Positions 7,753-16,010 of a stretch of 64,000 bases of DNA are shown here, piece by piece; within the stretch, counting starts at the first letter, position 1; every line of letters starts with the position of its first letter. The position numbers were made by a program, and so were the translations under genes. Source of the stretch: an uncultured candidate division Zixibacteria bacterium (GTDB taxonomy: Bacteria > Zixibacteria > MSB-5A5 > GN15 > PGXB01). Below the pieces are notes generated by a model. It was not told the DNA's origin and did no database searches. It saw nothing but the letters and a program-made list of their open reading frames with translations. The stretch covers positions 1,856,001-1,920,000 of the forward strand of contig OY969724.1 in NCBI GenBank assembly GCA_963702205.1, in the 5' to 3' direction.

Positions 7753-10425
7753 ATGAAACTGGGCAATTTGAAAAAATACGGTATTCCGGATATGATAATC
7801 GACGCCTGGACAAACCGTCAGGGCGAGCAGCTTTTGCCGCTTCAGGAGCAGGCCATAAAAAACGGCCTGCTGAACTGCGGCGACGGCGAGCTTAAGAATG
7901 TACTTATTTCCGCCCCGACGTCATCGGGTAAATCGTTTTGCGGGGAAATGGCCGCGATCAACACGCTGCTGCATCGCCGCAAGACGATCATGCTCTTTCC
8001 GTTGAAATCGATTATCGAAGAAAAGTATGACTATTTTTACGGGTGCTATAACGAACTCGGGATAAAGACTATAATCGTCACCGGCGACCATCCCGAAAAC
8101 GACCGGGCTTTCCGTCGCGGTGATTTCGATCTGGCGCTGGCGGTGTACGAAAAATTCAATCATCTCCTGACCGCCAACCCCGATATCCTGTGCCATATCT
8201 GTCTGATCGTAATCGACGAATTACAGATGATCGGCGACGGCGAGCGCGGGATCGACCTGGAGTTGGCATTGACGAAGATCATCGGTTCCGGCTACAAACC
8301 GAGACTGATCGCACTGTCGGCGGTGCTTCAGAACGAAACCGATCTGGCCCGCTGGTTGGATTGCGAACTGATCCGCGAGACCGTTCGCCCGGTCGATTTG
8401 CACGTCGGCGTGGCCTGCAACGGCGAGTTTCGTTACCGAAGTTTCAACAGTGCCAGAGAGGATTGCGAGGATATCGCCATACCCCCGGAATCGGGCGAGG
8501 ACGGAGCCATCGAATTTCTTAAATCGGACGACAGCCGCCGGCTGGTGTTTCTACCAACGCGCCGGGATACTCTTCGGGCCGCTTTTAGGCTGGCCTCGGC
8601 CGTAAAATGGCCCCCGGCCAAAGAGACGCTCAAACGACTTCGGGGAGAAGAAAAAAGCCATCTCATAAGATCGCTGCGCCAGGTTCTTTCACGGGGAGTG
8701 GCGTTTCACAACGCCGATTTGACTATCGGCCAGCGCCGCCTGATCGAAGAGGGGTATCGTCGCGGCGAGATTAAAGTCATCTTTTCGACGACCACGCTGG
8801 CGATGGGGGTTAATCTCCCGGCCGAGACGGTTTTTCTGGGAACGATGAAATATTCTTCGGGACTGCTGGGCAGCGAACCACAGTTGATGCCGATCTCGGT
8901 GTCGGAATTTCTGAATATAAGCGGTCGCGCGGGGCGGTTCGGCTACGGGCCGGAAGGCCGTCCCGGACGGGCCATCGTGATGGCGTCGTCGGATTTCGAA
9001 CGTGAAGTGCTCTGGTCGACCTATATCGACGCCGAACACAGAGAAAATATTCGCTCCAGCCTGCGCGGTCATCATCTCAAAACGATTCTGCTCGACCTGC
9101 TGACGACGTTCCGCCTGGCCGGACTTCCCGATTTAAAGAAAATGCTCGGGTGCACTTTCCGGGTGGCGACCGGAGATATCATCGCCGATGACGATCTTCG
9201 TTTTACGCTCGACGAACTGATTTCCGCCGGGCTTATAAAATCCTCGCTGGAGCCGACGCCTGTCGGTCGGGCGGCGGCGGAGTACGGTTTGAGCGCCGAG
9301 AGTGTTGAGCATTATCAGGACATGCTGGCGCGGCGGGTTCCGGATACTTTGACCGGCTGGCTGTCGCTGGTGGTGTCGGGGCCGCAGTTCGACCCCGGCC
9401 GGGTGGAACTTAAGCAGGAGGATTATCGGCAGCGATTGTACGAACGCGCCGTGTTCGAGCAATTCAACGATTATCTGTCCGAACTGAACGCCTATATCGA
9501 TCTGGAAATCGGCCGCCAGCCGCTCGATTTTGCCACGGTCGCCCGGCTGAAGGCGACGTTTGTGCTGAACGACTGGGCCGATTGTGAGCCGGTCGAAAAA
9601 CTGGAGCAGAGGTACAATTTGCATCACGGGCAGATTGTGACCCTGGCCGAAAACGCCGCCTGGCTTTTGCGGGCGGTCGGCAATCTCGCCGAAGCGGCCG
9701 ACTGCGGCAGCCGTCTGCCGGACCAGTTGGAACAGCATGCCTTTTGTGTCCAGCACGGCATCGATTATCGTCTGCAACCGATTTTTGAAAAAGCCGGGCC
9801 GATGTTGAGCCGCGATGATTATTCCCGTCTGGAATGTCACGGTTTTTTGACCCTGTCCGATCTGGCGCGGTGTGGTCCGTCCGATCTCAAGGGTATCATC
9901 GTACCCGAAGAAAATATCGAAAAATTACTCGATCTGGTCAAATCAGAAGCAAAGGAGGATAAAATGGCTAATCAATTTGGTGCGTCGTCGATTGCGGTAA
10001 ACAACTACCGGTCGGCGGTTCCGCCCGGCGGCAATCTGCGGCCGTCGGTGGTGGAGCTCGACGGTTCTTATGAACGCGAGCGGTATCTGGTGAAAATCGA
10101 CGGATTCCCGGTGCGTCTGACCGGTAAATCGTTCAAGTACCTGGCCAAGCTGGCCGGATCGCGTCTGATGGACGGTGACGGCTGGATTTACAAGGACGAC
10201 ATCGAGTTCGGTTTCAACCAGGCTCGTTATCTGTATCGCCTGAAGCAGGAAATCAACAAAGAAGGTGGTTTTCCGTGGCAGATTTTTGAAAATAATCGTC
10301 TGGGCTATTATCGTCTGGACCTCGACCCGTCGCAGATAAGGCTCAACCTCGCGAATTTTAAATCGCACCCCGACTATGAGTTACGAGCCATCGCCGAAAG
10401 ACTGACGATGCGCCGGGCCTGTTGA
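7753..10425 (+). CDS. Ski2-like/Hel308-type SF2 helicase with C-terminal winged-helix-like DNA-binding domain
   Basis: Motifs LPLQ, APTSSGKS, DELQ, GVAFHNADL, STTTLAMGVNLPA, SGRAGR, a ratchet region (L.DW......LEQRYN...G.I), and an extra C-terminal domain of about 150 aa. RBS GGGAGG. Confidence 0.88.
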   Translation: MKLGNLKKYGIPDMIIDAWTNRQGEQLLPLQEQAIKNGLLNCGDGELKNVLISAPTSSGKSFCGEMAAINTLLHRRKTIMLFPLKSIIEEKYDYFYGCYNELGIKTIIVTGDHPENDRAFRRGDFDLALAVYEKFNHLLTANPDILCHICLIVIDELQMIGDGERGIDLELALTKIIGSGYKPRLIALSAVLQNETDLARWLDCELIRETVRPVDLHVGVACNGEFRYRSFNSAREDCEDIAIPPESGEDGAIEFLKSDDSRRLVFLPTRRDTLRAAFRLASAVKWPPAKETLKRLRGEEKSHLIRSLRQVLSRGVAFHNADLTIGQRRLIEEGYRRGEIKVIFSTTTLAMGVNLPAETVFLGTMKYSSGLLGSEPQLMPISVSEFLNISGRAGRFGYGPEGRPGRAIVMASSDFEREVLWSTYIDAEHRENIRSSLRGHHLKTILLDLLTTFRLAGLPDLKKMLGCTFRVATGDIIADDDLRFTLDELISAGLIKSSLEPTPVGRAAAEYGLSAESVEHYQDMLARRVPDTLTGWLSLVVSGPQFDPGRVELKQEDYRQRLYERAVFEQFNDYLSELNAYIDLEIGRQPLDFATVARLKATFVLNDWADCEPVEKLEQRYNLHHGQIVTLAENAAWLLRAVGNLAEAADCGSRLPDQLEQHAFCVQHGIDYRLQPIFEKAGPMLSRDDYSRLECHGFLTLSDLARCGPSDLKGIIVPEENIEKLLDLVKSEAKEDKMANQFGASSIAVNNYRSAVPPGGNLRPSVVELDGSYERERYLVKIDGFPVRLTGKSFKYLAKLAGSRLMDGDGWIYKDDIEFGFNQARYLYRLKQEINKEGGFPWQIFENNRLGYYRLDLDPSQIRLNLANFKSHPDYELRAIAERLTMRRAC

Positions 10426-10491
10426 TGGTGGCGGAACAGCACGGCCGGAAGCGGGTTTTATATAATAGAATTGTTTTTGTGGACGGATTTA

Positions 10492-10518
10492 TATAACTTT
10501 GTCGGAATCCGCCGATAC
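10492..10518 (+). promoter_or_regulatory. Possible sigma28-type promoter for lon
   Basis: TATA-N15-GCCGATAC. Shares AATCCGCCGATA with the site at 22696-22707. Confidence 0.45.
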
Positions 10519-10535
10519 GATATAAAAAGGTTGCC

Positions 10536-13010
10536 ATGATTAAAAAACTGTCTGCACGAATCCCGCTTCTGGCCGCCGATAAAGAGCCGGTTTGGGCCAT
10601 ATTACCGACTAAAACCCTGATATTATTTCCGGGCGAAACGGTCTCGCTTCAGGTTGGCCGACCGTCCAATATTAACCTCATCGACGACTATTTCCATCAG
10701 GGAGATCTGATCGGAATCGCTTATGCCCCCGGTGGTTACATGGGCGACAAAGATTTCAGCCTGTGCCAGGTGGGGACGGCGGCGAAGATAATTTCGGTCA
10801 AACCCGGACCCGGCAACTCCAAAATAATTTCGCTCGAAGGCACCGCCCGTATCGCCCTGCAGCACCTGGAGCAAACCGAGCCATATATCAAGGCCGGTAT
10901 TGCCTTTATACAGGAGTCGGTGACCCAGACACCGCGGACCGACCAGCTCTGCAAAGAAATAATCGACATAATAGAACAGATCACGGCTCTCGACCCGTTG
11001 TATTCGACCGAGCTGTCTTATATAATGAAATTCAATCTCGATGATCCCGGCAGCTTTGCCGACAAAGTCACGACCGCCTTCCATTTTCCGATCAGCTCCA
11101 AACAACAGATTCTCGAAGCGTACCGTGCCACCGACCGCCTGCGAAAAGTTTTGAAATTCCTCAAAGGCGAACAGGATCGGATTACGATTTCCAACGAGAT
11201 CAAGCAAAATGTCGAGGAGCGTAATGTCGAGCAGCAGCGGCGGTTTTATCTGCAGCAACAGCTTTATGAAATCAAACGGCAGCTGGGTGATGAATTCGTC
11301 GAGGACAAAGTTTCGCAGCAGTTAAAGAAAGATATTAAGCGTTTTACGAGTCTGCCTGCCGACGTGCGTGACAAAGCTTATGCCGAAGCCGACCGGCTGG
11401 GGCAGCTCTCGAGCGCGTCGGCCGAGTTCGCGGCCACCAAGATGTATATCGACTGGCTGCTCGGGATCCCATGGGGAATTTATCAACCGGATACTTATGA
11501 TCTATTGCAGGTCGAAAAAAGTATCGACAAGATGTACTTCGGTTCGGCCCAGACAAAGCGAAGAATTTCGGAGCGTTTGGCGGTGCGGCTTTTGTCGGGC
11601 GGAAAAAACCAGGGGCCGGTCCTGTGTCTGGCCGGTGCGCCCGGCACGGGCAAAGCGTCGCTGGCACGGGCTATCGCCACGGCCCTGGGCAAAAAATTCG
11701 CCCGCATTTCGGTCGGCGGACTGGTCGATCTGGCCGATATTAAAGGTCAGCCCCGGACCTATCTCGGTGCGACACCCGGGATTATTGTCCGCACGTTAAA
11801 AGAACTGGGGGTCAGCGACCCGGTCATATTGATCGAGGATATCGAATATTTCGCCGGTGACGCCAACACCGCCCTGCCGCTGGCTTTGCTGGAAGCCATC
11901 GACCCTCGTTATAATTCCAACTTTCTGGACTATTACATCGGCCTGCCCATAGACTTGAGCAAGGCCATTTTTATATGCTCGATAAAGTCACCCGAAGATA
12001 TGCCGGATACGTTCGCACATCGCTTTGAGATCGTGGAGCTTCCCGGATATATCGAACGGGAAAAGATATTTATCGCCCGCAAATATATTATTCCGCAGCT
12101 TCAGAAAAAACACGGCCTCAAGAAAAGCGATGTCACCTTCACGCAGAAGGGCCTGGAGACGATAATTCGTTTCTATACCCTTGAGGCGGGGCTGCTTAAT
12201 CTGACCCGTCAGATCGAAAGGATTTTCCGCTTTCTGGCCCGAGAAAAAGCGTCGAAAGTGAGAAAGTCGTGGCATGTGACCGAAAGAACGGTCGAAGATT
12301 TTCTGGGCACCCCTGTCTATATTCCTGAAAAGCCCGACAATCAATCCGAAATCGGTGTCGCAGTCGGTCTGGCCTGGACCGGGGTCGGCGGTGACCTGAT
12401 GATTATCGAGGGCTTGCGCATGCCCGGTAACGGCGAAGTGATCTCGACCGGGTCGCTTGGAGAAGTCATGCGTGAATCGATACAGGCCGCGCACAGTTAT
12501 GTCCGCTCCAAGGCCGACATACTCGGAATCGATCCGGGCGATTTCAGCAATTTCGATATTCACATACACTTTCCCTCGGGCGCCATTCCCAAAGATGGCC
12601 CGTCGGCGGGGGTAACCGTCTCGCTCGTGATGGCGTCGCTGATGGCCGAACGACCGATTCGCAACGACGTGGCGATGACCGGTGAAGTGACTCTCCGGGG
12701 CAAAGTGCTGCCGGTCGGAGGGGTGAAGGAAAAGGTAAGTGCGGCGTACCGGGCCGGACTTAGGACGGTCTTTTTGCCGACCGAAAACGCCAAAGACCTG
12801 AAAGATCTTCCGCCGGACATTTTAAAAAAGACAAGATTCATATTTATCGATAAAGTCGATCAGTTGTTCGAGCAGGCCCTGCTCGATTTTATTCCGTCCA
12901 GTTATACTCTGGAAAAAATGTTTGCCGCGGAAATCGAGAAAGTCAAGAGCCGCAAGAAAAGCCCGTCGACCCGCAAAATTGCGGCAAAAGGCCGCAAAAG
13001 ACAAAAATAA
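10536..13010 (+). CDS. lon: Lon (LonA-type) protease homolog with degenerate AAA+ motifs
   Basis: LON N-domain, AAA+ module, and Lon_C domain with GLAWT, PKDGPSAG (Ser) and GGVKEK (Lys). Confidence 0.92.
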   Translation: MIKKLSARIPLLAADKEPVWAILPTKTLILFPGETVSLQVGRPSNINLIDDYFHQGDLIGIAYAPGGYMGDKDFSLCQVGTAAKIISVKPGPGNSKIISLEGTARIALQHLEQTEPYIKAGIAFIQESVTQTPRTDQLCKEIIDIIEQITALDPLYSTELSYIMKFNLDDPGSFADKVTTAFHFPISSKQQILEAYRATDRLRKVLKFLKGEQDRITISNEIKQNVEERNVEQQRRFYLQQQLYEIKRQLGDEFVEDKVSQQLKKDIKRFTSLPADVRDKAYAEADRLGQLSSASAEFAATKMYIDWLLGIPWGIYQPDTYDLLQVEKSIDKMYFGSAQTKRRISERLAVRLLSGGKNQGPVLCLAGAPGTGKASLARAIATALGKKFARISVGGLVDLADIKGQPRTYLGATPGIIVRTLKELGVSDPVILIEDIEYFAGDANTALPLALLEAIDPRYNSNFLDYYIGLPIDLSKAIFICSIKSPEDMPDTFAHRFEIVELPGYIEREKIFIARKYIIPQLQKKHGLKKSDVTFTQKGLETIIRFYTLEAGLLNLTRQIERIFRFLAREKASKVRKSWHVTERTVEDFLGTPVYIPEKPDNQSEIGVAVGLAWTGVGGDLMIIEGLRMPGNGEVISTGSLGEVMRESIQAAHSYVRSKADILGIDPGDFSNFDIHIHFPSGAIPKDGPSAGVTVSLVMASLMAERPIRNDVAMTGEVTLRGKVLPVGGVKEKVSAAYRAGLRTVFLPTENAKDLKDLPPDILKKTRFIFIDKVDQLFEQALLDFIPSSYTLEKMFAAEIEKVKSRKKSPSTRKIAAKGRKRQK

Positions 13011-13101
13011 AATCAGTCTTTTCAGTGTCAAAAATATAGTATTTCGCAGCCGACCACGGACGTCCTGCGAAATCATAACAAAGCGCTCATCCAAAATTAA
13101 C

Positions 13102-13131
13102 TTGACAGTTTTTCGCAGCAGGGGTTATATT
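13102..13131 (+). promoter_or_regulatory. Sigma70-type promoter giving a leader of about 270 nt
   Basis: TTGACA-N18-TATATT. Confidence 0.5.
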
Positions 13132-13403
13132 GAAAACGTGAGGAATGACGGGAAGTCCCTGATGTTCATACATCTTTCTTTTACTGACCCGTTTTATGCA
13201 GGGTAAATCCCCTGGTTTATGGAAGACCTGTGGATGGCCCCCTGTTTTACTTATCATAGTTGACCGAAGCGGCACCGGTCGCTGGAAAATAACGGCCCGT
13301 TATCCGAGGGGGATTGCGCGTGGCCGAAGACAATTGGAATTCATGCCGTTAAATGAATAACAATCGATAAATAATAATTAATATAACAGGATAGGGGTAT
13401 TAC

Positions 13404-15773
13404 ATGGGACGTAAACTTATTCTGACACTCCCGGCCGTGTTAGTTCTTTTTTGGGCCGGAATGGCCAGTGCGGCCAATATTTTGATTCATGCCGAAGCCG
13501 AACCGGAAATCGCCCCCGGTTTCATTCAGGTCGGTGAAGATTTCACAATCGATATTTACATGCAGAACACCAGCGGCACCAACTGCCTCGGATTCAGCGC
13601 CACCTGGGAGCTGGCCGGTTCAAATGGCCTGACCAATATCATCCATCGCGACATCGGCGGGCAGACGTCGCTCGGCAGCGATGGATCAGTATTGATGCTG
13701 AACGGTTTCGGTGTTTTCGAATATTGGACGGTTCTTAACCTGATGCGACTTGACAGCTGGGACGGCAGCCTGCCGGATACGGTCAACCATACGACAGCAG
13801 GTTTGCCTCCGGCGTCATGGCCGGCCAGTGACGATCAGGACCTTATCCGATATCAAATCGGACTTCACTCCGATCAGACAGGTATGCTTTGTATCGACTC
13901 CATCAGCCACAGTAACGATACTTATAACTGGCTGTGGTTGGCGCCGTCGGTGCCGGAATTCAACGGCCCCTATTGCTGGACTATTTCCGACGGTGTTCCT
14001 CCGGTCATAGGTTTAAGCGTCGATTCGATGGCTTTTTCCGGGGTGACGGGAAACCCTCCGCCTGCGCCGCAAAATCTGGTTGTCAGCAATACCGGAGCAG
14101 GGACCCTCAACTGGACCGGCACCTGGTCGTCATCGTGGCTCAATATCAGCCCGGCTTTCGGTGCCGCCACGGGCATTCCCACGAACGTTCAGGTTTCCAT
14201 CAATACGTCCGGCCTCGCGGCGGGCGTGTATCGTGATACCATCGTCATCTCCTCGGCGACGGCCACCAACAGCCCTCAGATAGTCCCGGTGAAACTGACT
14301 ATGACGGAGCCGCCCCCGACCATCAGTTTGTCCTCGTCGCAATTTTATTTCAGCGCCGTGGCCGATTCATCCAACCCCGATGATCAGACGCTGCACGTTG
14401 CCAATACCGGTGCCGGCACCCTGAACTGGACCGCCACCAATTCGGAAAGCTGGCTGGACATTTTCCCGACGTCGGGTACCGATGACGGTGACATAACGCT
14501 GTCGGTTGATATTACCGGATTGCCTTACGGTTTGTATTACGATACCGTCGTTGTCTCCGACCCGGCGGCGACAAATAATCCGCGCCGCGCGGCGGTGCGC
14601 CTGGAAGTGGCCTCCGGCCTGCCCGTGCTGGCCGTGGATTCGCCCTCCATCTATATCATAGTTGAAATTCCCGGGGGATCTCCGCCCAACCGGCAGTTTA
14701 CCGTTATGAATGCCGGTGGAGGAAGCATGACTTACCAACTGAACGAAAGCTCCCCGCGTATTTTAAACATGACGCCTTTGTCAGGCACGGTTCCACAGAC
14801 GGTGGACGTCGAGTTTAAAATTTTAAACGGAAACCCGCCTCAGGACTTTTTCGATACCGTCTGGGTTTCATCACCGGAGGCCATTAATTCGCCGATACCG
14901 GTGGAATTTCATTTTCATATCGTCGCCGACGCCGCGGAGATATTCGTAAGTCCGGATTCACTTTACAATGAATATTATGAATGTTCACAGGGTCTCGGCA
15001 TTTTCGAACTCCCGCAGTTCTTTACCGTTTATAATTCCGGCGGTGACACTTTTGAATGGAATATAACGCATAAACCTATCTGGTTGATGCTTACGGCAAA
15101 TTCAGGCACTCACGGAACGCAGGTATATTATACCTATCTTTACGACGGGTACGATGCCGGGTTTTATGAGGACAGCATTGTCATATATTGTGAGAATGCC
15201 CTGGTCAATACTTACGTCCTGCCCGTTCAAATGAGGATTCTGCCCACGGATGTTACACCGTCGGTATATGTTTCCTCAAAGAACTACGTTTTTACGGTGC
15301 AGGAAAATAAAACCGGCCGACCGAAGATTATGAATGTCAATAATTACAATCCCGGTTGTATGTCGTGGGAATTCAATGAGGATCTGTCCTGGATTACATT
15401 CAATATTGATTCGACCAACGATCGGAGATATCCGTGGTTGGTGGAACTTGTACCCAACGGTTATGGCATGACTCTCGGGACGTATACCGGGGCGGGCCAG
15501 ATTACGTCGCCCGATGCCGACAATGTCCCCATCGATATTAATTTCACTTTGAAAGTATGGAAATTGCACGGCGATTGTAATTGGGACGGATTGATTAACC
15601 TGAACGATCTTTTGTGGATGATTTACTGGATTTACTATACCTGGGATAACCCCATGCCGGAAAATATAGTCGCCGACTGCAACTGCGACAACCACTTCGA
15701 TCTCCTTGACATTCAAGAGCTTATAAATTATTTGTATTTCGGGGGAAGTCCCTTGTGCGGAAATCCCTATTAA
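13404..15773 (+). CDS. Secreted protein: N-terminal beta-sandwich (cohesin-like), BACON/Ig-like repeats, C-terminal dockerin type I-like domain
   Basis: Signal peptide ending ASA. Repeats of V.NTGAGTLNWT.....WL.I.P..G. Duplicated EF-hand-like loops GDCNWDGLINLND / ADCNCDNHFDLLD. Confidence 0.8.
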   Translation: MGRKLILTLPAVLVLFWAGMASAANILIHAEAEPEIAPGFIQVGEDFTIDIYMQNTSGTNCLGFSATWELAGSNGLTNIIHRDIGGQTSLGSDGSVLMLNGFGVFEYWTVLNLMRLDSWDGSLPDTVNHTTAGLPPASWPASDDQDLIRYQIGLHSDQTGMLCIDSISHSNDTYNWLWLAPSVPEFNGPYCWTISDGVPPVIGLSVDSMAFSGVTGNPPPAPQNLVVSNTGAGTLNWTGTWSSSWLNISPAFGAATGIPTNVQVSINTSGLAAGVYRDTIVISSATATNSPQIVPVKLTMTEPPPTISLSSSQFYFSAVADSSNPDDQTLHVANTGAGTLNWTATNSESWLDIFPTSGTDDGDITLSVDITGLPYGLYYDTVVVSDPAATNNPRRAAVRLEVASGLPVLAVDSPSIYIIVEIPGGSPPNRQFTVMNAGGGSMTYQLNESSPRILNMTPLSGTVPQTVDVEFKILNGNPPQDFFDTVWVSSPEAINSPIPVEFHFHIVADAAEIFVSPDSLYNEYYECSQGLGIFELPQFFTVYNSGGDTFEWNITHKPIWLMLTANSGTHGTQVYYTYLYDGYDAGFYEDSIVIYCENALVNTYVLPVQMRILPTDVTPSVYVSSKNYVFTVQENKTGRPKIMNVNNYNPGCMSWEFNEDLSWITFNIDSTNDRRYPWLVELVPNGYGMTLGTYTGAGQITSPDADNVPIDINFTLKVWKLHGDCNWDGLINLNDLLWMIYWIYYTWDNPMPENIVADCNCDNHFDLLDIQELINYLYFGGSPLCGNPY

Positions 15774-15786
15774 TTTGATCTTTTGG

Positions 15787-15817
15787 AAAAAAGCCGCCTT
15801 TTCAGGGCGGCTTTTTT
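15787..15817 (+). terminator. Intrinsic terminator
   Basis: AAAAAAGCCGCC-TTTTCAG-GGCGGCTTTTTT. Confidence 0.85.
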
Positions 15818-16010
15818 ATTGGGAAAAGGACCGATTCGGTCGACAAAATCAATAAACAAATGTGGCTGTTATTTTAACGTATGTAATAATGAATGAATTC
15901 CGCCGGTTGCTTTAATATCTTGACCAGAAGTACAAAGGACGTATATTGAAATATTACCAACCTGCCTGGTACTTTTTATTTACCGCTATAATAGCAAAAG
16001 GAAGATAACC

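Noticed and set aside
13145..13235. Cobalamin or c-di-GMP riboswitch fragments (GGGAA, GGAAGACCTG)
   Set aside because: The remaining conserved core elements are missing or misplaced.
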